From: Catajapyx aquilonaris
Taxonomy: Eukaryota
Assembly: GCA_000934665.2 (NCBI GenBank)
Contig: KZ538040.1
Coordinates: 62,001-126,000 of the forward strand
Reading direction: 5' to 3'
Length of the DNA: 64,000 nt
The translations under genes and the position numbers were made by a program. The notes below the pieces were generated by a model. The model had not been told where the DNA came from. It made no database searches and saw only the letters and a list, made by a program, of their open reading frames with translations. Shown here one piece after another: positions 1-13,200 of the stretch. Every line of letters starts with the position of its first letter. Position 1 is the stretch's first letter.

Positions 1-2495
1 AAATACAGCAGGTAAAAATTCAATTCAATGGAGCATTTAAAATCAAATAAAAGTACAATATTATAAAATTAATTAACAAGATATATGTAAATATAAGGCA
101 ATATTGGTCGAACCTTGTGAAGGTAAAGGTTCAAGTCAGGGACATTCACACGTGTAATGTGTCCGTGACATTTCAACCGATACGGTCGTGCGAATGACCC
201 TTCCCGTATATATCTGACCAGCACTATACCAAAGGACTTTTTACTCCAACAAAAAAAATAAATCAGTATGTTCTCCTGATTTGGGATGCATCTCCAGAGA
301 ACCGTCCTGGAAATGGGATTGAGACCCAGAAACCGGGTTTTCTTTTTTTTTCAGAAGCCGGTTTTCCAAATTTCTGGCCAACGCACGAGTGGTCGTTTTC
401 ACGCCTTTATGGAGTCCGATGTGGGGAATGTAACTCCCCCCCCCCNCCCCCCCCCCCCCCCCCCAGGTTTTTGGAAAAAAGGTTTTTTTTTCTCACACAG
501 TCCCTCCCCCTACAGAAACGGACACCGCAGAGGAAATGAAGCGCCCAGGTTTATGACACCCCGCCATTTTTAGTCCTCCGGCTCTTGGTATGGTGTGCTG
601 ACAGATGTGAACCGGTACGCCTGGAATTGAATGGGAGTTCAGGGGGGGAAAAGGCTCCGATCGCACTTTGAAGTGTTTATTACGTAGGGTGTAAATGGAG
701 GAGAAAGAGAAGGTGAGGAGGGGGTGAAAAGGTAAGGTCTCTTTTCTCCCCCCCATGTCGTGCGAAAAGGTTTTGGGTGACTTCGTTAGCGGCCTATTGA
801 AAAGGGAAGAGCAGTGCGGTTGAAACCACGCGCTGCTACCAGAATGAGGCCCTAATGATTACAACTGTATCTAACACGTGCAAGGGTCGCTACACCTCTC
901 AAGTCACTCGGTTTGTTCCGGCCATTATGGCTAGAAGTTGGCGGATTCCAGTCAGTTCCTGTCGAAAGAAAAGCGAGGAAAAGGTGTGACGCTTTTCTAT
1001 AGTGGAACCAGTGGAAAATGGGTACGGCATCAGACCTAAAGGTGAAAATAAATTAAATTTTTTAGAGCTTCAGGTTTTACGTTTACAGGAAGCTGCACGA
1101 AAAAGCTTCGCTAGGCGGCGATACTTGTGGATATCCATTAATTTCCATCACTGTACTGTCGCTCTTTGTGGCCCCGCCAGGCATGGTCCGTCCATTAGCG
1201 TTATAATTTTAGTTAATTTTGAAGCTGGGCATTCCTTATCAGTCGCAGAAATAAGACAGCTTCAGGTCTGCTACCTTACTCATGAATATGCAACATTTTA
1301 TGTGATATTAGCTGGGGACTGTTGGCAACCCCCCATAACGTATAGCTGGCCTTTGACCGCTTATGGGAATGACCCTAATTTATCCGAAAGTGAGCAACTG
1401 GGGACCTGCAAAATGACAGTTTGAAACACTCGTATGATCCGCTGCAGGTGCGAATGTGGGGAAAATGAGAGAGAAAGGAACGTACAAAAAGCGACTATCC
1501 AAATGTTTGTATTAATGTGACCCAGTGAACAATCCCTCGTCCCTTCATGTGTGTGTGGAGAGAGTAGAGAGGGGGGGGGGGTAGGAATTATTGTCGGAAC
1601 TAGTGGGGGGGCTTAGCCAGATCGCGTTTCACACCTCGCCTATCTCCATCAGACCTCCCTGTTTTATGTGAGCTGATGCGTGGGGAAACCGTGGAAGTGA
1701 ATCTACACTAGAGGGGGCGCGTATGTCCTGATGTGCGGTGAAAACCTCCGTGGACAAGCCAAATCTGTGGCACAAATGGGGGACGCTCCTGGGACCAGGG
1801 ATCAAACTAGAGGATTGTAGGATTATTAATGGAAGGATTGGCAAATGTTAACTAGTTGCGCTTTTTACCACGTATTTCCAACTGACGCGCCATGTATATT
1901 TCCAACTGTTCAAAATGGCGGCCAGTCCACGCCGTTTTTGCGTCCCTAGAGAGATGACGTGACACACGCCAAGCATTTTCGAGCCATAATTGAGCCCCCC
2001 CATCCTTCTCACCCCCTTTTCCCTCACACTAATAATTATCCGCGCGGCAAGAGCCTAACAATGGCGACACAATTGGGACAGGCGGCTAGGAGAACAATGG
2101 GCCATGGGAAGCCTGCCATGATGCGGCAGTGACCTCTAAGGGGGCGGGTTTAATCCTCTCCCCCCAACAAAAGCAGGTTCGAGACCAGGATTTTTGCCTT
2201 ACAACACAACCCTATCCGATAAGCCCAAATTGTTTTTCACGATATAAAAAAAGAGTGATGAGATGTCGTCACACTTGGCGAGCAGATAAGAGTCGCCCCC
2301 CAGCCACAAAAGGGGTCAAATGAGCAGACCCTTCCTCCAGCAATTAACTGACCTCTGATAAGGTTGAAGGGTGCAAAAATCCTGATTTCAGGTAGTAATC
2401 GGCTAGTAATGACCTTCACAAGACTGGCAGGTAGTGGGGGTTCCGATGGTTAATTCATGAACTGTGATCTTAGTATCGTTAGAAGCCCCCGGATT

Positions 2496-2661
2496 CAGGA
2501 GGCGTATACTCATCCAGGTCACTCGCAATCGACAAAGTCGATTGACGTCAAAATGACGTCGCCAATTCTCCTCGCCCTGCCCTGGTCATCATTGGCGACG
2601 TCATTTTGACGTCAATCGACTTTGTCGATTGCGAGTGACCTGGATGAGTATACGCCTCCTG
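2496..2661. repeat. perfect 71-bp inverted repeat with 24-nt loop (foldback/MITE-like)
   Basis: 2496-2566 (caggaggcgtatactc...gtcgccaat) is the exact reverse complement of 2591-2661. Confidence 0.9.
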
Positions 2662-5600
2662 GTGGCATCATAAAATTGTCCGCGGTGAGTCATCCAGGAA
2701 TCGCCATCTATGTGAGAGATTTGGTATACTACGTCCACAACCTGTGGAAACATGTTACAGGTCATGTCCAATTAGCACACAAAACGCGTAGACATGCTTT
2801 ATTTAGACGTCATCATATCGTACCCAACACGCACATGATCGCCACAAATTTTCGTCACGTCACCAACCTCTCGCGTGACGTCTAATTGAATAATTTTCAA
2901 GGCGTCATGCAATGTCACGTCGCGACCCAAGTTGCAAGGATCGGTCTAGTTACCTGAAGAAAATTTGTCAAAAATAATTTTGATGCAGGCTATCTGATAC
3001 AGTCGTCATATTTGGTCCAAATCAATGTCCGCCGCCATGTTTGGTCCAAATGTTTTTGATAGATTACTTTTCGTTATACTTATGACAAATGCTAACCGCT
3101 TTTTTGGAGTGGCAGGCCTTCACCCCTTTTTTTTCTTTTTGGAGCACAGTATAGACAGCTGGGAGAAATAATTAGAAGAGATCGCAGGCACTTCAAAGGT
3201 GCAACTGGCGCCGTGGGAGTTTCTGCTCCAAAAAATAGTTGGCCCACCCCTCAATATCGATTATCGGATTTTCAGAGAATAATACTTCAAGCAGGCTCTC
3301 TCATCTTGTGGGCAAAATGCCCCGATTTTTTGAAGCACCTTCTGGCACTATTCTTCATCAAAAGGTGAAAAATATTTGGAGCTCATTTGCTGATTTTTTT
3401 TACGCCTTAGAGCCGATAGGATAAAGAACAGAGTTCAAACCCGTGACTGACAGTTTTAAAAAAAATCCTGAAAAACTCCCCAAAAAAAGGTTGCGAACTT
3501 CATTTTGCACAAGGAGAATCGATACGATCAATCTTCATACAGGTCTTGGCACCATATGAGGCGGCTCGTAATTGGCTGGAAACAATCCAACGTCTTCGCT
3601 CGTTAGACTTTATTTACCCAGAGGGTTGCATAAACAAACATTAGCTAATTATCGGTTTTTGAAAAGGACTCCCCCCTTCTCTGCTATTTGTCAAAATTGG
3701 CAGAGGAATTAGTGCTCTGAAGATTTTCGAAAGAGCTAACATTTGCACTCTTTTGCAGTTCGGCCAAACGATTTGTCAACAGTGCGAATAAAGATCAGGA
3801 TTAATTATAATCCGCGCACGCACAAAAAAAAAGAGAGCTTAAGACTCAATCTGGTCGTGTCCTAAGGCAGGATTTGTTGTAACTGTCACTCATGTTATGT
3901 TACGCCGCTCTCAATTGTCGGCATGTTTATTACACGCCGGCTAATTAGCTGTCCGACATGGGTAAGCAGTAGTTGTTTCACGTGTTTTGTTCAATTATTC
4001 CTGGGCCTGACATGAGTGCGTGTTATGCCCTACAAACTTATCGAGTTTTGTGCGGAGTGCTATTGCTTACGGATTAATTTCATGTAAGTAAGAATTTGTT
4101 TGAATATTTATTAATGTTTGTTATTGTAGGGAGTGCTACAATTGCGTTTTTTACGGATTAATTTCATGTGGAAAAATTCGTTTAAAATTAATGTAGTCGC
4201 AACACTGCCTGCATTTTGCAATTTTAATATTGTGTAAGGGTTACGTGTACCTGCGCCGGGTTTTTCAGTCGGTTGGTAACTACTATAGAACCAGCTCGAT
4301 AGGTCTATAACATTTCTCTCTCTGGAAATAATCTAACCTGTCAACTGCTTTTTTTTTGAAATGATTGGAGAGTCCAAACTATTGCACACATGCGATCTCC
4401 TTTGTAGCGAGAAGTCATCGGGACGGTTTCATAACCGGACTTTGTGCATTTTTCATCATCCTGAGGGGGAATAGAACTGTCATTGCGAACGGAGCAGCAG
4501 GGTTTAGCGACCGACTAGGACTCGCAATTTATACCCCCCCCCCCCCCACCCCNTACCCCCCCCCCCCCCCCCCTTTCGCTTTGCTCAAACTTTCTATATA
4601 TTCCCGCAGATAAGCAAAACCAACGGGAGGCGAAGTTTACAGACCTGGTGACGTGCATATTTCATGGGGCTTTAGATGGAAAGGCGGCACATGTCCCATG
4701 GCATTGTCCTGCTCGCTTGACCGAAATAACCAGATGCTACCCTGGGGCCATTTTCGTTGTCGATATTGCATGTCGAGGGGTAAAGCCTAGGAAGGAAGAA
4801 CTGGAAAAAAATTGTATGTTCTTGTACACATAGTTCGCAAGTTTCCATGGGCAATGAGCCACCATGTATGTGAATAGCTGAGTTTATTATTAACCAATGT
4901 AAGAATTTTTGTTGTAAAACGGGTCCAGTGGGAAACTAATCTTGGACGTTGTGTGTGTGTGTGTGGAAAAAATTTAGGATTAGAAGAAAAAAATTCGGCG
5001 GCAAAACCGGTCGTGCAAGATTTAAAATAAACCGCTGTGTAACCTTACATGATGGGGGCCTGAGCCTTCTGGGTGCTAGCTTCCATTTTTGTCCTTGAGG
5101 TTAATTAGCCAAATTAGAAAGCCAACAAAAGAACCGTGATTTACGTGTTGGATTTATTAAATAGCTGGAGGAGTTTCAGTGGAGTTGCAAAAAAAATAAT
5201 TTATTTGGGCAATTCGCATTCAGGTTGTGATTTTATTGGCTATTCTGCAATATTTGTGAAAGTTTGGAAAGGCATTGTTGATATCTAATTAGAGCTAATA
5301 TAACCTGTAACATTTAATTGTCATGGTTTTATAAAACTATACATCATGTTATTAAATTTCATTATGTATAGTGATAAGTCTTGAACATGATTGTTAACTT
5401 TAGCAACTATTATTTTTACATAATTATTATATATGCTGCTATTTCATTTTATTGTCCATTTTTATGAATTTGACAAGTAATTTCAATCGAATTCATATTG
5501 AACTATAGAAAAACCCTCGCCGCTTTTAAAAATATTTTATTTATTAGTGTGCTATTTGGTTATTATTTAGAAATAGCATTTGTTTTTAAATTTATTAATT

Positions 5601-7130
5601 TGTGTGTCAACCGTAACGTATGAACATGCTCATTTTTTGCCATGTTGACAAATTATACTGTCCAATGCCTGTACGACACTTGCCAATTTTTAAATGTTCT
5701 TTGCTGAGAAATTGTAACTGAAACATTTAATTATGTAATGACCAATCCAAGTCATGCACCAGTATGAATTATGTATGGAACCTTTTTATATGACCATTCG
5801 TTAGCATATTCAACACATTAGCAGGTGCCCAAATATTTTTTGTGCACACTGATTTCCGTCGTATGTGATAAGTTATCGCGTCATATCGCATACCATGACC
5901 TATACGAGCCCTGGAAATGTAGGCAATGTCCAGGGGCATCAGTAAGCAGAGCAGAACCGCTTATCGATCTCCAGAAGGGTAAAAAAAATAGAGAGAAAAA
6001 ATTTCGGGTAACACGTGGCCCACCCATAAAATTCCTCATTCTTCTCCCTTGACCATATAGGTCAGATCTGGACAATCTCAGGTTAGGTTATCCAGTCAGA
6101 AACGGTTTGGGTGACGAGTTTGGAGAGAAGCTCTCTTCTCTCGACAGGGTTTGGACCCCCCTAAAATTACAGAGTGTATGCCGAGAGCCTGGTAATTGGT
6201 GGGTTAAGCCAGACGGATGTGTAATGACATGGTCGGGAACACAGCCAAAGGAACAAAAACAATCGTGTTTGGATTTTTTGGACGGCTCTTTTTTTTTGGG
6301 TGCGTGTGAGAACCGAGAATACCCGCAGGACAAGTACAGTAATTTTCAGCAACAAAAAAAAAGAATGTCATTTCCTAAGCTTTAGGGCAAATTGTTTTAA
6401 ACCCACATTTCTTACCTGCCCCCAAAATGGTTATTCTACACATTCCCAACCCAGCCAATCGACAAAGAGAAAACGTATGAGACATGCCTGGAGTCATGGA
6501 TCAATATGGGTTCGAGGGGAAGAGTTTGGTTCAATGCATTTCCAGAGGGGGAGGACTTATAGTCCTTCATCATACCCGCTTAGCGTTTATTGAAGCAGCT
6601 AGGTCATCAGTGACCTGCGTCTCTCGCGGAGAATCTCTGAAAAATTGGGAAGGTCCGAAAAAATGGGCGACGGATATAAAAGGGACATTTTGGTGGGGCC
6701 TTATCGGATTTCGCTCCAGCTCCTCCAGGGAAGGAAACTAAATCGCCAAAAAACGGCGACAAAAAATTGTTAGGTTATCTGGCCACCGACCACTGTTTCC
6801 ATTTGATACGTGAGTGGATTTTAACTCTGTATCAAAGCCAACCAGGTGAGGACTAAAGGAAAACGACCTTGCACGGTTTTGCTACAGGGGGAGACCAAAA
6901 AAAAAATCGCATTCTACTCCAGGCAGGTAATTACGTGAGATCCAAAGTCGGTCAACTACCACCGAGTTTTTTTTCCTCTGCAAATAGACGAATTCGCAGG
7001 GGCTTCAGCTCGATAGGATTATGGGTTAAGCTAGGGTCTGATGTGTGTGTAACCAGAGATTTTTCTCTTTTTTTTGTCTGCAGGTATAGAGGATCCTTCC
7101 AGTGTTACACCCGGTGGAAGATGAATTGAA

Positions 7131-7245
7131 ATGGGAGTGTCCGAGTGGCAGATGAAACCGAGCGAGAAGAGAACCAAGATGGGACTTGGACACGTGATTG
7201 CCATTTGCGTCGTGCTTGGTGGGATAGTGCGAGCCAGCGATGATG
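7131..7245 (+). CDS. unc-5: unc-5 first coding exon (signal peptide); exon probably 7084-7245
   Basis: A pyrimidine tract plus CAG acceptor ends at 7083. ATG 7131 gives MGVSEWQMKPSEKRTKMGLGHVIAICVVLGGIVRA-SDD (basic N-region, hydrophobic core, VRA cleavage-like site). The G|GTGAGT donor at 7246 is phase 1 and joins 21343 in frame (G+GC=Gly, SDD-G-EGYLLDP). Which Met initiates (7131, 7152 or 7179) is uncertain. Confidence 0.8.
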
Positions 7246-10200
7246 GTGAGTACAGTTGAATGGTTTCTGTGAAAAATTTGGGCATTGACTAATCAAAGAC
7301 CCCGCCCAATAATAAGCGTGTAGCGTAACAATTTAGCTACCATAAATGATGTTGAGCGTCTCTCTTGGTCCGGCTTGTAGAACAAACCCTATTTGTGAAG
7401 TGAGCGCTTTCACAATAGCCGGCGTTGATTGAAAATTAACCGCCCTCAAAATAGGGATACAACAGGGTTTTGGAAGGTTAGATACCAGAAAATGATTTTC
7501 GATTTCCCGCACACCCGGCCCCAAGAGACGTGGTCTCTGTGCACAGTGTTACACGGGATATTTAATCATTGGTCAAAAGCCGGGTATAAATTGGATCTTG
7601 AAGCGGGCTTTTGATGGGAGAGAGCCACCTGGCGGGGAACCAATAAACAGCGCCATCTAACGGTGGCGTCACTACAACCAGCTACAACAGTGTGCAACGC
7701 CATCTAATGTAAATTGGTGACTTGTGAAAATGCAATGGGAGGAGGAGGAGAGAAAATAAGGTGGGTTTTGAAGTTTCCTGCTAAACGAACGGAAACGCGT
7801 GCCTCTGATGGATGAGGAAACTTGGGGAGGGGAAAAGGGGGGCGCTATAGACGTGAGATCCGGGTGTTTCCTCCTATATCTCCTGTAAGTCAGCCCCGGA
7901 GTGTTGGTTGATTATAAATTGATTATGTTGGCTGAGGCCGCCATAGCCTAAAGGGAATGAGCTTGCCCTCCCCCCACCCCACAAGGGAAGGTCTATATAT
8001 GCCTAACCATAAACAAGTTTAGGCTTAGTCTCTCATTTACCGCAAAAAGAGCGCTATTACACCCGGATAAAAGTTTAATTATGTGGACGTGGCCAGAATC
8101 TAAAGTCGTACGGCATATTTTGCGACCCTGGCTTTTCAAAGTTACCAAGGATTTTCTGTGTGTGTTGCAGCAGTGTTTGGAGGGGTAGAGGGGGGCTTTG
8201 AAATATTTATACCCTCATGAAATGAGCTTTTCCGGGTGTGTGTGCCTGCATCAGCGGTCTTGTCTTATCTGCATGGTTACGGGGGACTGGCCCTTTCTTG
8301 TCCTATTATCTGCGGCTGTCATGGGCCCCCGTACACTAAATATTTGCTAGGCTGACAATCTACATGGAAGTTTCTTCGATAACAAGGTCAGCACGTTAAG
8401 GCCTGGAAGGGGCTGCTGAATATATTTGAAATATATAGTTTTGTCCTTTACCTTAGACACAATGTTTTAACTTTTCCGTCAGTTTTCCATAGTAGGTAAG
8501 TCTACCTGTATGAATTGAATGGCTCGGTAGAAAACATGTTAACATGTTTTTCTCCTGAGCCTATGGCCTACCAAACTTTGAGATTGCTAGTTAAGAACCA
8601 TTAATTTATGAAAATTTATTTACTGTTCCCATTACATATTAACCATTGTAGTGCGGTGGATGCCAGCTGGAAACCATTGATTTCGATTTTCAATTATTCC
8701 ACATTTTAACATTTCTAGTTCAAAGCTTCTGATAATCGACAAGTTTCTAGGGCTCGGAATTTATTCGAATAGGATTAGCCAAAAACCACAGGCGGTGATT
8801 GCTTATCCCGCGAAATTTTGGGCGGTTCAATGCAATTTTCCGCAAATTCCAACTACTAGTACAGAGAGGCTGGCACCGCGAGTCCTAAAGGCAAATTTGG
8901 AGCTCGCATATATACATGTTCAGGAGTTGAAACCCGATATGTGAATAGTTATACCGGGTATGGCTGTTTCCCACGGACAATGGAGGTGGAAATTGAATAT
9001 TTTATGCCTTCTCTAAAAATTACATGCCCTTCAGATGAGGCCTTTTGTTTAAACTCCACTGTATATATCGAGTCAACGCGCTGTAATTATGTTCTGAACA
9101 TTGGTCGAACATTTCGGTTCTACGACTTCATAAATTTTGGTCTAAATTAGTGACGTAACAAGACTATTGTGGTAAGGTCAGGCTCAACTCAACGGTAACT
9201 TGTTAAAATTTGCTAAAATTTAGTACAGTTGTGCTTGAAATATTTAAGCTGATTTTGCTCAAGTTTAAGCTTAAGAATTTCAGATTATTCCGTCTCCTTT
9301 TTTTATGATTCAATGCGGTCCTTTTCTGTGGTGACATCTTCTCTTTATCCTCGTCCGCCACTCGTCATCTATCAAAACTATAACATCGGGACCAAAGCTA
9401 CAGCATATATCACCCAGTTTTCTGGTTCAAACCCCCCCTTTTCCTGGCATTTTGTGCAAAAACCATTTAGCAACCTGTAGCAAAAAGGACCTAGAGAAGC
9501 GATGGGATGTGGCTAGGGGGGTCGGCACTCGACATTCCCCCATTTATCCGCTGATTGAGGGACATTCATGCTAGCATTCGGAATGAGGACATTTTGGTCT
9601 AGGGGGGGAAGGACTCCCGACATTTGAAATATGGACGTCATTTCTGGCGTTATATGGAGGGTTTTGCTGGTAGGGGGGGACAGAGGAATCTTCTGGGCAC
9701 AAGCGGACGAAAATTGCAACCAGACCTGCTGTTTGTGTCGCTGACAGCTGTCTCATTGCTCTTCCGCCGATGGTCCAGAGAGAGTAATGTTTAGCATGTG
9801 TCGCACTTACAATGAGGAGTGCTGTAAATGGCAACGGGATTGACTCCAATCTCACATCTCTGTGAGACATTTTTTTTCCCGCGCAATATCGCCCCAGATT
9901 CAAAATGATATCCCGGTTTTTTAATACTAGAAACATATTGCACACCAATTATTACAAATCATGTTACTACCACCGGGGTTGTAATTTTCCAAGCTGGAAG
10001 ATTATACTGAAACAAAAGGCTCACAATCCTTAGCCAGAGATTCTCTCCCTCCGAACCAAGGAGGAATTTTTCTTGTGGCCGCCAGTCTTTTTCCCTTCCA
10101 AGCCCTCCCAAGGCCAATGCCATTAATCTTTGGGCACCCAGGTACTTGTTAGAAGCTGGGGGAAGATCCCCCCCCNCCCCCCCCCCCCCTTCCTCTACTC

Positions 10201-13200
10201 TTCGCCAACAACCGACGATTACCACCCAAAAAGAACCACTCAGAAAGACCCATTCCGGCCTGTAACTAACCCAGGAATTGCGGGGCACTAAAAATAAGTA
10301 CAAGTACCACATTTGGTTGACTGTGGAGGAATGGTATGTTGAACAAGGACACTCCTTTCTACTCAATTACCTTCATTGGAGCGAAGGTGGTGACGCCATG
10401 TATGATTTAGGACCCACAGAACAATCCGCGACCATTTTTGGATGTTCAAAATTTTTAGGCTACATAAAAAGGACGAAGGGGGGGGGNGAGAGAGAAAAAG
10501 ATTATAGATGTATCAGCAACCGGTTTCACCCATTTGCCTTTGTTTGTCTTTTTGAACATCCCCCCCTCCAATGCGCTAGAAGAAAAGGGTACAATCGGGA
10601 GACTCGGGGGGGATAACCGGCCGTTTTTTTGTGTGTGCATGTGTTAGGAGAGCAGGTGGCGAAGACAATGTGGAATGTTATTTCAGGAATTTGTTATGGT
10701 ATAGATACATTTGAAAGGGAAGGGATAACAAGCTGGCAGCTGATTGGTTTCAAAATGTGGTTGCGCCAACCGTTTTAACGGCCCGTTTAAAACATACTGC
10801 TGCGATAGGCCCTAAATTGCGAAAAGAAATGAATAAATAAATAAGAATAAATATCTCATTCTTGTTTATTTTAAGTTCATGTCATTAACTTTGCTCATTT
10901 AGTTTGTTTTTTATTTATTCCTCTGTTTAATTTTAATTTTAATCTTATATTGCTATATTCATACTTATATACACACTATTGTACTTGTATTATTTATTGT
11001 ACGTACTCGTATTATAATATAGCAGTGTAGGCTACATTTTATTTAAATTTTATTTTAATATTGGCATTTTTATTTTAATAATAGGTATTTTCATGATTAT
11101 ATTTACTCTAATAATAAAATTATTTTATTTATTTTCATAGTTACTTATCTTGTTTTCATAGTTATTTATTTTACTATTTTGATGTACATTTATAGTAATT
11201 TATATATTATTTTAATATTATAGGCATTATTTTAAAATTGGTATTTTAATGATTCTACTATATTACCTTAGTAATTTTATTTTTATTTATTTTCATAGTT
11301 ATTTATTTAATATTTTTGATGTCTATTGTAATATTTATTTTTAATATTAGTATATACTTTGGGTATTCGTATTTATATTTTATGTATATTATGTGTTACA
11401 CTTAATTTTATTTTTATTTGTTTTCATTTATTTCGAGTCATCGTTATTAAATTTCCTGCACGTTTGGACTGGTTGATTATTGTCTGGTTTCGCGCATGAG
11501 CAGTGGCAACAATTTATTTCTTACTTTCCCTGGGCTCCATCGGACAGTTAATAAGCAGGCCGTAGTGTCCAAGCAATAAACCAGCAGAGAGGGAATCTGC
11601 AGCTTGGGAACAAATGCTGTGCAGGCCAAATGGCAGATAGCGCAATTTTGCACGCCATTCCCCTTTACTTTCAGCGAAGGGAATCACCTCCCACAAAAGA
11701 GGGGGGGGGGTGTAGCAAAAAAAACCGTAACTCAGGTGTCAGAGTTCCCAGGAAAATAACCCAGTTCGTAGGACCATCTCCAATATAATTACAATCTGAA
11801 GGGAAATATCGTGCGCCCCCTCATGTTACAAGAGCGAGGATTTTTCTTGGGAGGTAAACACATCATCTACTTCGGAGTTGATCGTACCGGTATAGCTGGG
11901 TGCGTGCAGGAGCCCAGTTTTCTGCAACACTCTTCCGTGTTTCTTCTCCAATGTTATTTCCCACAGAAGAAAAAACAACACATTTATCCAGGCACAGCTA
12001 TGTCCCGACAAAAATAATAATTCCATAACATGGGACATGATATGAAAAATCTGCCGATCTGGAACTAATGCATACCATTTACAAGGCAATTTCATAATGT
12101 TACATGACGCCAGTTTAGGGCGTTTTGAAATTTTCATATCAATTTTTTTTTGGGGGGGGGGAGTAAAATAGTTTGGATACAAATCGCGATGTGTCGAGTG
12201 CGATCCGGCGTTACCAATAAGCATAATTGAACAGCGCAGTTTGTCGCCGATATGGTAATGGTGACACGACGTTATGAAATGTTTCGGGTGTTGCCGGGGT
12301 CCGCGGTACGTCTGCAACATTCGCTTTACGGCTAAATGGGTTATAATTAATAGGTAATTAGAATAATTGAACAGCAGGTAGCGTGTTGTAATATCCTCCC
12401 AAATTATTGAAAAAAAATTTAATCATTCTGTGTGCTTGCATAATATAGAGCGATTTCTAAAGCTGCATATGACATTACTTTTTTTGCATTTATATGCAAT
12501 TAGATTAGAACCAAATGGAAGCATAACCACAATTTAATAATAATGACTAATAATAATAGTAATTTTAATATTAATAATAGTAATCATCATTAGTAGTAGG
12601 AATTTATTACCCCATAAGGCTTAGGCTCAATTTAAGTTATTTCTATTTGATTTTGTTAATTAATTTTATTAGCTATATTTAGCTGATTATTGTAGACATT
12701 TTAGTTTATTAGTTATATTAGTAGATAAGTTAGTCCATACTTGTTATTACTTGGTATTGTATAGGAGTGTAGGTCATCGCACGGGAATTTAAATTGTATG
12801 CGTCTAAAGAAACGGGTTTTATTTTTGAACAGCTATAAATATAATTAGACACACATTCACGCCTTAGATGTCGTCGCGCCATGTTGTCACTGTGGCGACA
12901 CAACGTTATGAAATGTGTATATATACGCCTGGCATTGTTTTTGGGTTATTATTTAGGGAAAAAAAATTTCCTCTTGTGTTTGCTGCTTCTGTTGCTGCTT
13001 CCTGGAGTGCTGCCGGTTAAATATTTAATAGAAAAAGCTGGGGGCCCCCGGAATTAGAGCAGCAGGTTTTCAAATTACTGCCCCCCCCCCCCCCAGTAAT
13101 TATATCAAGAGGGCCTTGCTTTGCTTGAGCAGCTATAATTTATGTCTCGTTTTTTGGACGACCTGCTGCACAGTTAAGTCAAGAAAAAGTTTTTCCCAAG

